Notes under the pieces: model-generated | The model's input: the letters and a program-made list of their open reading frames with translations, nothing else | The model's database searches: none | Told to the model about the DNA's origin: nothing | IMG/VR virus record: IMGVR_UViG_3300021471_000006 | Coordinates: 1 to 64,000 of that record | DNA: 64,000 bases | DNA from: a virus | Direction: 5' to 3' (one strand) | Made by a program: the position numbers and the translations under genes | Shown here: one piece after another, positions 40,366 through 50,171 of the stretch | How positions within the stretch are numbered: the first letter of the stretch is position 1 | Layout: every line of letters begins with the position of its first letter

Positions 40366-40626
40366 ATGGCTAAAAAGAAAAAAGAACCAAAGGTAAGTTT
40401 TACAAGAGAATATTATAGTAAAAAAGCCGGCGAAGAGCCAGTGCATATTAAAGAGACATTCACTGGAGAAGAAGCTATTAAAGAAATTGAGAACTTAAAT
40501 AAAAAGCTCTCAACATCTACACGAAAACGTCTTACATGCTTTAATCCATTTCTCGAAGAGTGTGAATGTGAAGAGATATGTCCTATGTGTGGAAGAAGAA
40601 AAAGACCATGGAGAATCTGGTGGTAA
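40366..40626 (+). CDS. Hypothetical protein with a C-terminal Cys cluster
   Basis: GAGGTG SD; CECEEICPMCG. Confidence 0.5.
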   Translation: MAKKKKEPKVSFTREYYSKKAGEEPVHIKETFTGEEAIKEIENLNKKLSTSTRKRLTCFNPFLEECECEEICPMCGRRKRPWRIWW

Positions 40627-40628
40627 AA

Positions 40629-40784
40629 ATGCCAAGACCCAGAAAAGGAGAGAAGAAATCAGAGTTTATAAGTAGATGTATTTCAATGGTAATTAAGGAG
40701 TCTGGTACAAAAAGCCAGGCTCATGCCATCGCAAAATGTCATGGAATATGGAAACAACATTTAAAGAAAAAACGTAAGAGGTGA
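40629..40784 (+). CDS. Small conserved phage protein (P.P.KGE....FISRC...A.A.C..W family)
   Basis: MPRPRKGEKKSEFISRCISMVIKE...QAHAIAKCHGIW. Confidence 0.6.
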   Translation: MPRPRKGEKKSEFISRCISMVIKESGTKSQAHAIAKCHGIWKQHLKKKRKR

Positions 40785-40993
40785 AAATTATGCCAAATGT
40801 AATGCCATGCGGCCACAACGATGTGTGGATGTTTAGAGTCAGAGATAGAGGACGTGTATACAGATATTGCTTAAAATGTCTATTTGACAAAACAGGTATG
40901 GAAGATGTATACTCGAAACCAACATCAGTAGAAACTGCAGTAAAGCCTAAAGTAAAAGAAGATAAATTAAAAAAGAAAAAATATAAGAAATGA
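40781..40993 (+). CDS. Small Zn-binding hypothetical protein
   Basis: PCGH...YCLKC. Confidence 0.45.
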   Translation: MKIMPNVMPCGHNDVWMFRVRDRGRVYRYCLKCLFDKTGMEDVYSKPTSVETAVKPKVKEDKLKKKKYKK

Positions 40994-43900
40994 GAACATA
41001 TTCAGATATATACAGAGATTTTTTAAAGTGGATGTACGATAAGACAGAGAATCCAAACTATCTTTGGGAAAATTTCTTTAAAAAATATGGAGAACAAGAA
41101 GGCAAGGCACTTCTCTATAAGTTTATTTTAGAACTTTGCTATGATTCTAAAGATGGAATGTATTATTTTATTAAATTTATAGTAGGAGACCTTATGGACT
41201 TAGGATATCCCAAACCTCTTAGATTCAATGGACTCTTAAGAAAATGGGATAAACTTGTCAAGAAATATAAACATCTTGCCATTTTATCTGCAAGAGGACA
41301 TGGAAAGACTGTTTTCTTTAGTGAGTTATTAAATGTCTATGACATGTTCTTATTTCCTTATAGAAGAGTAATAATAATTTCTGCGTCTCAAGACCAGGCA
41401 ATTCATATTCTTAATGAAATAAAAAATATTATTAAGAATAACGAATGGCTTAGTTCTAAAATATATGGCGGAACTTGGGCAAATGAGAGAATAGAATTCA
41501 ATAAAGGCTATATTATAGCTCGTGGAGTCGGTTCAGAGATTCTTGGTCAGCATGTAGACAGAATAGTAATAGATGATATAATAAGAACTGACATGAAATT
41601 ATCCGACCAAGAGATAGAAGACTATATTGATATGAATTTAGAACCTATGTTATTAGAAAGAAAAGGCCAGATAGTTTTAGTTGGTTGTGTAAATGAAGAT
41701 ACTATGGTATTGACAGAGAACGGATTTGAAAAAATAAAAAATCTAAAGAGAACAGATGAAAAACTGGAACAATATAATAAACCTATCTATGGTATTGACG
41801 GTTTTAATATAGCTACAGAAATCTTCGATAATGGAATAAAGGAAACCAAAAAAATAACGTTCCAATATGGATATGAACTTGAATGCACACCAAACCATCC
41901 ATTGCTAGTCTTAGACAAAGATGGAAGACTAATATGGAAGCGAACTGAAGAACTAACTAAAGAAGACTATATAGCGCTACAATATGGACAAGATGTTTTC
42001 GGACAAGATGATAAACTTCCTAGTATCTCTATAGCAGAATATAGAAAATATAATAAATTAAAAATAAATAAGATAACAGACGAATTAGCATACATATTAG
42101 GTCTTTATCTAGCTGAGGGCTCTTATTATAAGGAAGATTCAATTACTATTACAAATACAGAACTTGGAGAGAAATTATTAAATAATTCCATTGGAATGAA
42201 ATTTATGGACAAGAGAAACGACTCAGCACATTATACTTACCACTCAAGATATTTTGTGAGACTTCTAAAACAACTTGGTTTTAAGTTAGAAAAGTGTAAC
42301 TTAAAAGAGTTTCCAGATTTATGGAAATGGAAAAGAAATTTAATTATTTCATTCTTACGTGGATATGCTGATGGAGACGGATGTGTCACTGGAAATGAGG
42401 TAAAATTCACCAGTACAAGTAAAAAACTTCTTAAACAGATTCAATTAATTCTTTTAAATTTTGGAATAATAAGTTCCCTACATTCATATGATGGAAGGGG
42501 AGTTAAAAGAAATTCTGGTTTTAAAGTAAAACATATAAGATATGATTTAGTAATCTTAAGACCTTTCGTAAGAAAATTTTATGAGACGATTGGATTTGGA
42601 CTTGATAGAAAACAAAGAAAACTCAAGAAAATCTCTAAAGATTCAGATATACTAATTCCAAATATGTATAAGCTTTTGTATAAAGCTCTACAAACTACTA
42701 AGAAAAAAACAAATATAGGCAAGAACAATTACATCTATGGAAATTATAAAAAGAATCCAAAAATTAGTAAAAGACTACTTGCTTTTTTTGTAAATGAGTT
42801 AAAAAGAGAAAAAGCAAATAAATCTTTAATCGAAAAATTAGAATATTATCTGAGCACAAACTATTTCTTTGTGAATCCAGTATCTATAGAAGATGGAAAA
42901 TCAAGAACTATGGATTTTATAATACCTGAGACTCATTCATTTGTAGCCAATGGAGTAATGAGTCATAATACTCCAAAAAGAGCTGGAGATATTTTTAATA
43001 CGATTTTCCAGAGAGTAAAACTAGAACCGAAGACTTCTTGGAAAATAAGAAAGTTCCCTGCAATATTAGACTACGAGAAAAGAATTCTCCAATGTCCAGA
43101 CAGATTTACTTGGGAAGAGTTAATGGCTAAAAGACTTGCCATGACATCTCTTAAATTCGCTAGAGAATATCAGCTTGAATTTTTTTCAAGAGACCTCAGT
43201 CTTTTTCCAGCAGAGATAATTCAGCCAGCTAAAGATAGAGGGGGTGAGAAAGTTTTACTTAGAAAACTAGATAAAAGAACAGGAAATTGGATAATAGTAG
43301 GAGGCATAGATGTGGCAAGGGCCGGAACTGTATCTGGAGATTATACTGTAGTATTTTTAATAGCTTTTAATACAGTAACAAATGTTAAAGAAATCATCTA
43401 TATGTGGAGAGAAAAAGGACTAAAGATTAGTCTACAAGCAGAGAAAATAGCGGAGATAAGTAGAAAATTTAATCATCCATATTTTTTAGTTGAACAAAAC
43501 AATATGGGGCAAGAAATGTTAGAGAGACTGGCAGACATGAATGTAAATGTAGAGGGATTTACTACTGGAGCCAGAGGACAGAAAAAAGATGAACTAATTA
43601 GATTCTTAATAACTGCCTTCGAATATGAGCATATGATAATTCCCAGAGGAGATGAACATAGTCGTTATATGATGGACATACTTGAGGACGAACTTAGTAA
43701 ATTCTGTGTGACAAAAACACCAGCAGGCAATGAGAGATTCGAAGGCGTGGGTGCACACGATGATAGTTTGTGTGAAGGAACTTCTATAATAACCAATAAA
43801 GGTATTAAAAATGTTGAAGATATTAAAGTAGGTGAATACGTTTTGACCCATAAAGGTCGTTTTAAAAAGGTTGAAAAAACGATGTCAAAAACTTGTAATA

Positions 43901-45051
43901 GGACAAAAATTACTATAAAACCTTATGGTAACTTAAAATTTAGTCTTACTGATAATCATAAGTTGTTTGTAATGAAAAAACCTAAAAATAATATTAGAAA
44001 ACGTTTAAAAACAGATATTTATGAAATAGATTCGCAATATATTGATAAAGATAAGCATTTATTAATAAGTCCTATAAATAGAGAAGTTAAAAAAGTTGAT
44101 TTTATTGATATGAAAGATTATTTTTCAACTTCGGATGGTTGGATGTATAATGACGAATATTATTGGAATTATCGTTGGAAAGAAAAACGTTATAAAAGAT
44201 TCATACCAGTAGATAAAGAGTTTGCTTTTTTTATGGGTTGGTATGTTGGAGACGGTAGTATTAATAATTTTGTTTTTCATAAAAAAGATGAAGAATTAAC
44301 TAATAGAATAATTGGGTACGTTGAGAGTTTGGGTGTTAATGTTAGAGAACATTCTTATAATGATAATTATAGAGTTTTTGATTTTTGTTGTATACCGTTC
44401 CAAAACTTTTTAAAAACTCTCGGTAAGAGAGAAAACAAGCATTTACCAGAATTCATGTCTTTTTTAAATTCTGAATTACAAAAAGAAGTTATTAAAGGTT
44501 ATTGGAGCGCCAATGGAAGTGTTGTTAGAGAAAGAATGATTGCTCACACAATTTCAAAATCTTTAGCCTTCCAAATTAGAAACATGTTTTTAAGAAATAA
44601 TATTCCTTGTAATATTAATGAAATAACTAGACACAGATATGATAAACAGAATCTTAATCAGTTTGTTTTAGAAGTTAGCAAGTATTATAAACAAAAGTTT
44701 TATAACGAAAAAATTACAACTCGTGATTTTGGACAATCATTTATTAAAGGAGATTATTTGATTTCGTGCATAAACTGGCACGATTTAGTAATTTCCGATG
44801 AATTATATAATGTGTATGATTTACAGGTTGAAGAAGATAGAAGTTATTGCCCAAATGGCGTAGCTATTAGGAATTGTGTGATGGCCTTAGCACTTGCAAA
44901 CAAGGCGACACAAATAGCTGGAGTACCATTCGCTGTTACTAACTTTGGAGACGATGGAACAAGTGTAAATCATTTATATGAGGGGTTTGGAATAGCGAAA
45001 ACTGGAGAAAGTGACTTGGTCAATCAGATATTGAGTGGTATTATAAAATGA
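40990..45051 (+). CDS. terL: Terminase large subunit with two inteins (~555 aa after splicing)
   Basis: Walker A RGHGKT, Walker B IVIDD, coupling motif VG|TP, FAREY, nuclease GIDVA and HDD|CVMALALA. Confidence 0.96.
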   Translation: MRTYSDIYRDFLKWMYDKTENPNYLWENFFKKYGEQEGKALLYKFILELCYDSKDGMYYFIKFIVGDLMDLGYPKPLRFNGLLRKWDKLVKKYKHLAILSARGHGKTVFFSELLNVYDMFLFPYRRVIIISASQDQAIHILNEIKNIIKNNEWLSSKIYGGTWANERIEFNKGYIIARGVGSEILGQHVDRIVIDDIIRTDMKLSDQEIEDYIDMNLEPMLLERKGQIVLVGCVNEDTMVLTENGFEKIKNLKRTDEKLEQYNKPIYGIDGFNIATEIFDNGIKETKKITFQYGYELECTPNHPLLVLDKDGRLIWKRTEELTKEDYIALQYGQDVFGQDDKLPSISIAEYRKYNKLKINKITDELAYILGLYLAEGSYYKEDSITITNTELGEKLLNNSIGMKFMDKRNDSAHYTYHSRYFVRLLKQLGFKLEKCNLKEFPDLWKWKRNLIISFLRGYADGDGCVTGNEVKFTSTSKKLLKQIQLILLNFGIISSLHSYDGRGVKRNSGFKVKHIRYDLVILRPFVRKFYETIGFGLDRKQRKLKKISKDSDILIPNMYKLLYKALQTTKKKTNIGKNNYIYGNYKKNPKISKRLLAFFVNELKREKANKSLIEKLEYYLSTNYFFVNPVSIEDGKSRTMDFIIPETHSFVANGVMSHNTPKRAGDIFNTIFQRVKLEPKTSWKIRKFPAILDYEKRILQCPDRFTWEELMAKRLAMTSLKFAREYQLEFFSRDLSLFPAEIIQPAKDRGGEKVLLRKLDKRTGNWIIVGGIDVARAGTVSGDYTVVFLIAFNTVTNVKEIIYMWREKGLKISLQAEKIAEISRKFNHPYFLVEQNNMGQEMLERLADMNVNVEGFTTGARGQKKDELIRFLITAFEYEHMIIPRGDEHSRYMMDILEDELSKFCVTKTPAGNERFEGVGAHDDSLCEGTSIITNKGIKNVEDIKVGEYVLTHKGRFKKVEKTMSKTCNRTKITIKPYGNLKFSLTDNHKLFVMKKPKNNIRKRLKTDIYEIDSQYIDKDKHLLISPINREVKKVDFIDMKDYFSTSDGWMYNDEYYWNYRWKEKRYKRFIPVDKEFAFFMGWYVGDGSINNFVFHKKDEELTNRIIGYVESLGVNVREHSYNDNYRVFDFCCIPFQNFLKTLGKRENKHLPEFMSFLNSELQKEVIKGYWSANGSVVRERMIAHTISKSLAFQIRNMFLRNNIPCNINEITRHRYDKQNLNQFVLEVSKYYKQKFYNEKITTRDFGQSFIKGDYLISCINWHDLVISDELYNVYDLQVEEDRSYCPNGVAIRNCVMALALANKATQIAGVPFAVTNFGDDGTSVNHLYEGFGIAKTGESDLVNQILSGIIK
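41686..42969 (+). mobile_element. Intein 1 of TerL (428 aa, LAGLIDADG)
   Basis: Starts CVNEDT, block B CTPNHPL, GLYLAEG and GYADGDG, ends FVANGVMSHN followed by Thr. Confidence 0.95.
43765..44874 (+). mobile_element. Intein 2 of TerL (370 aa; Ser start, Arg-Asn end; possibly degenerate LAGLIDADG)
   Basis: Starts SLCEGT after HDD, block B LTDNHKL, GWYVGDG and GYWSANG, ends VYDLQVEEDRSY..NGVAIRN followed by Cys. Confidence 0.92.
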
Positions 45052-45148
45052 GAGAAATGAAAATTAAAGGAATTATAATTGAAAAAGATAGAATTACTTA
45101 TATTGGAACTTTTAATAAAAAAGAAACAGATACATGAGGTGAGAAAAT

Positions 45149-45346
45149 ATGGATAAGTTAGACTTTGAGAACAAAATATTAGAGTCTCTAAAATCTCTTC
45201 TAGGTTATGACGATAGATTAGTAATTCAAGAGGCTAAGATACATATTGGAACAAATATGCTTCCGGAAATAGAAGTGAAGTCTGTTATTGCTCCACACGG
45301 AGCCAAGTGCAAAGTAGTAGATAACTGGAGAGAAAGAATAGAATGA
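45149..45346 (+). CDS. Small protein ending in the W-tag (VVDNWRERIE)
   Basis: GAGGTGA SD; C-terminus matches the motif of the 55.4-59.3 kb array. Confidence 0.55.
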   Translation: MDKLDFENKILESLKSLLGYDDRLVIQEAKIHIGTNMLPEIEVKSVIAPHGAKCKVVDNWRERIE

Positions 45347-45639
45347 AAAATTACAAAGCAAGTTGCAGAAAATGTGGAGAGAGTGTTGATATGGATAATT
45401 TAAAGAACCACAGATGTAAATTCTGGAAAAGATGGATTTTTTCTCCAGAAGTTACATGGGCTACCGCCTGGTACTTATGGATTCTAGGATGCTTTACAGC
45501 TTTAGCTTATATAGATAATCATTGGACATTCTGGATTTTTTTACTATTAGAGCTTACAGTATTTTTGTTTGACGAGAGTCTAAGAAAATTTTTAGAAGAA
45601 GGTGAGAATTTTGAAGTTAAAGAAAGGCAAAATAATTAA
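45343..45639 (+). CDS. Small membrane protein with an N-terminal Zn finger
   Basis: CRKC...H-C followed by two hydrophobic helices. Confidence 0.55.
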   Translation: MKNYKASCRKCGESVDMDNLKNHRCKFWKRWIFSPEVTWATAWYLWILGCFTALAYIDNHWTFWIFLLLELTVFLFDESLRKFLEEGENFEVKERQNN

Positions 45640-45988
45640 ATACTTGAAGTTTCTTAATAAATATAAAGAGCTAGTAGGTTTTGCTGGATGGAAAGTATTT
45701 TTGTATAACAAAGTTGAGCCTAATGATTCTATAGCTAGAATCTGGGCAGATGCCGCCGAAAAGGAGCTAGAAATCTATCTGTTTGAAAGTTTTCTAGAAC
45801 TGTCTGACGACCAGCAAAAGAATGTCTTGTTTCATGAGTTAGTCCATGCGAGAGTTGCTTATTTTAGAGTATTATCTAACAGGGCAACTGGCTTTCTTGA
45901 AGAAGACTTGGTCAATGATTTGGTTAGAGGATTTGAGAAATTTGGTGATTTTAAATGGCTAAAAACACGAAGGAGCAAGAGTACATAG
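45602..45988 (+). CDS. HExxH metallopeptidase-like protein
   Basis: VLFHELVH followed by EEDLVN. Confidence 0.6.
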   Translation: MRILKLKKGKIIKYLKFLNKYKELVGFAGWKVFLYNKVEPNDSIARIWADAAEKELEIYLFESFLELSDDQQKNVLFHELVHARVAYFRVLSNRATGFLEEDLVNDLVRGFEKFGDFKWLKTRRSKST

Positions 45989-46266
45989 ACGACCTAGAAG
46001 CAAGAGTAGGCAGATTTTATACTGAAACAAAAAGAAATCTAAGATTTAGTGCAAGAGGCGAGTGTGGAGAGATAGACTTCATGGGACGTGCAGCAAACAA
46101 CGGCTGGCATGTTTATGAGATAAAGGCTACAGGCCATTCCAGAGCTTTAAAAAGAGCCAGAAAGCAGCTGGAAAGAGCTAAAAGATGCCTGCCATATCAA
46201 GTCTCGGACTTGTTTATTTATATAGGGAGCTGTCAAGAGCTGATACCATATAGAGGACAAAAATGA
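45955..46266 (+). CDS. PD-(D/E)XK nuclease (YraN/resolvase-like)
   Basis: GEIDF...VYEIK...KQL motif. Confidence 0.7.
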   Translation: MAKNTKEQEYIDDLEARVGRFYTETKRNLRFSARGECGEIDFMGRAANNGWHVYEIKATGHSRALKRARKQLERAKRCLPYQVSDLFIYIGSCQELIPYRGQK

Positions 46267-46600
46267 TTCGTTATTCTAGAGCAGGCATCCCATATGGGCA
46301 GTATGAGAAAGCAGAGAAAAAATATATTGAGAAACCAAATTCGGTGGGCTGGACTAATATTCTTTTAGTTGGGCTCTTAGCTCTTGTAATATTGTTGTAT
46401 CTGTTAACATAGTCAATAAGCTGCAGCTCGTAACACCAAAAAACTGGCTTTTTTCTCCCGAACCCGGGAAACTAGAAGTATCTTCTATTTAGATTAACTT
46501 CTCATAACAAAAATGGTTCTCCAGGAGTACCGAGGACGGCGAAATGGCTAAAACTTCTCTCCAGCTACACACGGCGTACTATTCTTTATACGCCATAAAG

Positions 46601-46757
46601 CAGAATGACGCCACTTCAAGCAAGACTGTTACTACTATGTAGTGGTTGCGGCGGAGTCGCCATTATCTCGACAATTATCTGTAAAATCTCGTGTCGCCAT
46701 TTTATCGACACTCTAAAAACTGTTACTACTAATAAGTAATAAACTACTGTTACTACT
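46601..46757. repeat. Cluster of short direct repeats in a ~500-bp non-coding gap; candidate origin or genome-terminus region
   Basis: ACTGTTACTACT x3 (46625, 46719, 46746); GTCGCCATTnnnTCGACA x2 (46656, 46693); CAGAATGACGCC at 46601. Confidence 0.7.
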
Positions 46758-46892
46758 GCCTAGTGAAACAAGCTTCTCTTTATAAATCTTTTGGTTTTAA
46801 ACGTCTTTTTTTGTCTTTACTTCCTAGTAGTAAAAAGTGCTTTTTCTCGTCTTAAAAAACCGTTTCACTATTAATAAGTAACAACCCAAAAA

Positions 46893-46910
46893 CAAAACAT
46901 TTAAATACTT
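46893..46910 (+). promoter_or_regulatory. BRE/TATA promoter of leaderless gene 46930
   Basis: AAAACATTTAAATAC ~22 nt upstream of the ATG; no SD. Confidence 0.65.
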
Positions 46911-46929
46911 ACTAAAATACTATATACTT

Positions 46930-47511
46930 ATGGCAACAGCGAAAACAAACAAAAGCAAACAAGCCAGAACTAATAAAATAAATGTGGTGTTGTCAAAAAT
47001 GACAAAACAAAATGACTTTAAGAAAGTTGAAACAAAAGACTTAAATTCTGGCAACGTGGCATATTTTGAAAATAGCCATACGCCAGCAATAGAAAATGGT
47101 GCATACGTACACCATAGACCAAGTGAAGCAGTTTGGTTCACTGTGGACGCAATGAAAAAAATACAAGACAAGCTTGGCGTGGACTTTATGACAGTAAGTC
47201 CAATGAGAGCCACAATACAAGCTTTTAGAAAGCTTGGTGTAGAACTAGAAACAGAAGACTTTAATCGTTCTGCAAAAGCTGGATTACCAGCTGTGGCAAG
47301 TGATGACACAATAGAACTTAAAGAACTACAACTAGCAGTACAGAAACTTTATGCGCCAGATGGCAAAAGAAAACCACAAATAAGCAAAGAAGACTTAATA
47401 CAGAAATTTAAAGAGAGTGGCTTAACAGATGAGCAGATAAGAAAAGTAATTCCAAGCTACAAAGAAGTAAGCGTATTAGATAAGCTTACTGAATTAATTA
47501 AAAATATTTAA
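46930..47511 (+). CDS. Hypothetical early protein
   Basis: 193 aa, own promoter and terminator. Confidence 0.7.
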   Translation: MATAKTNKSKQARTNKINVVLSKMTKQNDFKKVETKDLNSGNVAYFENSHTPAIENGAYVHHRPSEAVWFTVDAMKKIQDKLGVDFMTVSPMRATIQAFRKLGVELETEDFNRSAKAGLPAVASDDTIELKELQLAVQKLYAPDGKRKPQISKEDLIQKFKESGLTDEQIRKVIPSYKEVSVLDKLTELIKNI

Positions 47512-47540
47512 GTGGCGAAAAGCCACTTTTTTATTTTTTT
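47510..47540 (+). terminator. Hairpin plus U-tract
   Basis: AAGTGGC-GAAAA-GCCACTT followed by TTTTATTTTTT. Confidence 0.75.
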
Positions 47541-48114
47541 AATGGAGAGTGAAGCAAAAATGACATACACAATACAAGAGAACAAGATAATAAGCGAAAA
47601 GACCATAGAGCAAATCTCTTTAGAAGTTGGCTTAAGCTTAATAAATGGAGTGTGGAAAAAATGATTTTTTTTATTTTTAATTATATTCGGAAACAGCTGA
47701 CTTTTTACAGTTGGCAACACTTTAAGAGCGAAATAAAACAGCGTTTTAGAGAATGGAACTTAACTGATTTAATAGGAGCGTTTATACAATGAAACCACCA
47801 AGACCACCAAGACAGAATATAATAAACGTATGTTATCGTTACTTAGTACTATATTTATACTTAGTGAGTTTTATAATTGGTTACTTGATGGCTCACATCT
47901 ACTACTCAGTTAAGAAACGTCTTAGCTGAGCCCTTTTCTTTTTTACTACTGATAGATAGTGAACCGACGTCTCTCTGGAGCCGAGGGGAGGAGAGCAGTG
48001 GACATTATAGGCAGTCCAAACCTAGGCGACGCCTGTCCTAGATAGAGAGGCAGCACCACTAGAACCTTGTAATATATAGAAATATTTATAAACGCAAATG
48101 TATTAAACAGACAC

Positions 48115-48657
48115 ATGAAACTAATTAATGGCACTTTCAACGATTATAAAGTTCTTGCTAGTTATCACTATTTAGATAGACCATATTATATCACTTCTGT
48201 TTATAGTCTTGTCAAAGATAATATTATAATTGGAGTACTTGTTGCTGGCTTGCCATATCCAAACTGCAGAGCCAGAGATAAGAGAATTAACAAGATGAAC
48301 ATAACTTCTATTAAGAGAATAGTCATACTGCCAAAATATAGACATAATGGCTATGCTACACTTATGTTAAAAGAGTTTCTTAAAGTGGCAAAGACCAAAT
48401 ACGTTGAGATAATAGCAAAAGAACAGTTAGAGCCACTATTTAAGAACGCTGGTTTTAAGACCAAGAGATATATTAACTATAAGAATGAAAAGAAAGTCTA
48501 TGCCATCAGCAGTCGCCAGAATGACGCCTGTTCAAGACAAAACGGTATTTTCCGGGAGGTGTTAAGAGTGTATGATGAAAACGAGCCGGTAGAGTTTGGT
48601 GCTACATACTCAGAGGCATATCCAGATGACTGTGGACTAGACATCTACGGCGATTAA
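48115..48657 (+). CDS. GNAT-fold acetyltransferase-like protein
   Basis: IKRIVILPKYRHNGYA acetyl-CoA motif A, YHYL, FKNAGF; leaderless after GAAATATTTATAAA. Confidence 0.7.
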   Translation: MKLINGTFNDYKVLASYHYLDRPYYITSVYSLVKDNIIIGVLVAGLPYPNCRARDKRINKMNITSIKRIVILPKYRHNGYATLMLKEFLKVAKTKYVEIIAKEQLEPLFKNAGFKTKRYINYKNEKKVYAISSRQNDACSRQNGIFREVLRVYDENEPVEFGATYSEAYPDDCGLDIYGD

Positions 48658-48822
48658 TTTTTTTTCAAATTATGATAGTCGCCTCGGTCCGGCGTCATTC
48701 TAGCCGAGCCGAGGAAAGCTACAAACACATATAGACAGGCAGAAAAGAAAGTTTGGCCGCTCGCGCCTCGGCAAGGTCGGTGCCAGTGCCGAGGCGAGGT
48801 TGGCACTTTTGGACAAAAAAAA

Positions 48823-49110
48823 TTATCGTTTTTTTGGGCGAATTATCCAAATGCCATCAACAGTCGTTGGTGCAGAGCCACTTTTATTTAATCTAACTTC
48901 TGTATATGTTGGATATTGTGCTCTAAAACCAGCCCTTATACATCTTAATCGTTCTTTACTGTCTATTGCGTGTCTTGTAAACTGATGTGGATTAAAGCAG
49001 ATAACGTGATGACTTTCCACATATTGCTTTAGTCTTGTCAGTTTAGCTATTCGTTCATCTAATATATCCAATACAACGGACTTATCTAATGTTCTCATTG
49101 CCATCACCAA
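48823..49110 (-). CDS. Hypothetical protein
   Basis: 95 aa; TATA (AAAAGTTTATAAA) upstream on the minus strand. Confidence 0.5.
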   Translation of the reverse strand: MVMAMRTLDKSVVLDILDERIAKLTRLKQYVESHHVICFNPHQFTRHAIDSKERLRCIRAGFRAQYPTYTEVRLNKSGSAPTTVDGIWIIRPKKR

Positions 49111-49248
49111 TATAATATAATATTTTCCTATTTATAAACTTTTTGTTTTTTTATTTAGGCGATTTCTGGACAGAAAACTTTGTTTGAGTCGGCGTCTTTC
49201 TGGCCTGCCCTGGGAGAGGGACTTTTGGCTAAATAAAAAAAATATGGG

Positions 49249-49419
49249 TCACATATTACAATAGGCGGCTATGATAGCTTCTATCTCTAGAGCCGTATTG
49301 TAATATTTTAGACAGTCTTTATCGCACCAGTGGCGCCCAGAACTATCTGTATAAGGCTCTGTAAGTTCTGTCTTACACCAGCCGCATTTAATTACTTTCT
49401 CAGGCGTTAATAGTTCCAT
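49249..49419 (-). CDS. Zn-finger microprotein (56 aa, CxxC...CxxxC)
   Basis: GGTGA SD; MELLTPEKVIKCGWCKTE...HWCDKDCLKYY; below the ORF-track cutoff. Confidence 0.6.
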   Translation of the reverse strand: MELLTPEKVIKCGWCKTELTEPYTDSSGRHWCDKDCLKYYNTALEIEAIIAAYCNM

Positions 49420-49624
49420 TTTTATCACCAGCTTATATAAATACTTTAAGCTTTATAAATGTTTCGAAAATTTGACGGCTTAAAAGGAATGGAAAATTTT
49501 ATAAATGGTAATTGCTTAATCTCTCTTGTAGTTAAATAAATTAGTTTAACTATGGCGGTGGAAATTTTACCCCCCAAAACACAACAAAGTAATTCTTTCC
49601 ACCGTCTTAAACTCTCATAAACTT

Positions 49625-49915
49625 ATGGAGGTGAGAACAATGGGAGCAGAAATAAAAGAAATACCCTACCAAAGGGGACCGAAAGCTGGACAAATGGCTC
49701 CGCCTAGATTATTTCTTTCTAGAGGAACCAAGACTCCAAGTGATACAGCATTTAGGCTGACACACAAGACAGCTAAATTAGTGTTAGCCAACATAGGCAA
49801 CATAGAGAAATATGTTAGCTTTATGGAGAACCGTGGAACAAAAACAGTTGCGGCAGCTGACAGCAGTAAATCCGATATCGTTAGTGAGATAGTTGACCTA
49901 GTAAAACAACTTTAA
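49625..49915 (+). CDS. Hypothetical protein
   Basis: GGAGGTGA SD suggests a start at 49640 (MGAEIKE...). Confidence 0.6.
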   Translation: MEVRTMGAEIKEIPYQRGPKAGQMAPPRLFLSRGTKTPSDTAFRLTHKTAKLVLANIGNIEKYVSFMENRGTKTVAAADSSKSDIVSEIVDLVKQL

Positions 49916-49916
49916 A

Positions 49917-50171
49917 ATGCCCAATAGAGTATATGTCAGAGACGGCAGATATTTGATTAGACTGTCTGAGGCGACGCCAGAGCAACGCCGGACCTGTGAC
50001 CGGGTCATCTTGGACAATAAATTTGAGGTCATTAAGGTGATACCCGCCAAGAAACTCAGGCTTATTGATGCAAACCTGAGCCTAGTTAATCCGGTAGATA
50101 GAAACAAGTTAACCATCGGAGATGTTACAGGTTTTAATAAGCCAGAAGATAGGCTAATACAACTTATTTAG
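49917..50171 (+). CDS. Hypothetical protein
   Basis: 84 aa, followed by a U-tract. Confidence 0.55.
   Translation: MPNRVYVRDGRYLIRLSEATPEQRRTCDRVILDNKFEVIKVIPAKKLRLIDANLSLVNPVDRNKLTIGDVTGFNKPEDRLIQLI

Noticed and set aside
46601-46760. Possible CRISPR or mini-CRISPR array
   Set aside because: Repeats are only 12-18 bp, irregularly spaced and of two types; no constant repeat-spacer period and no cas genes
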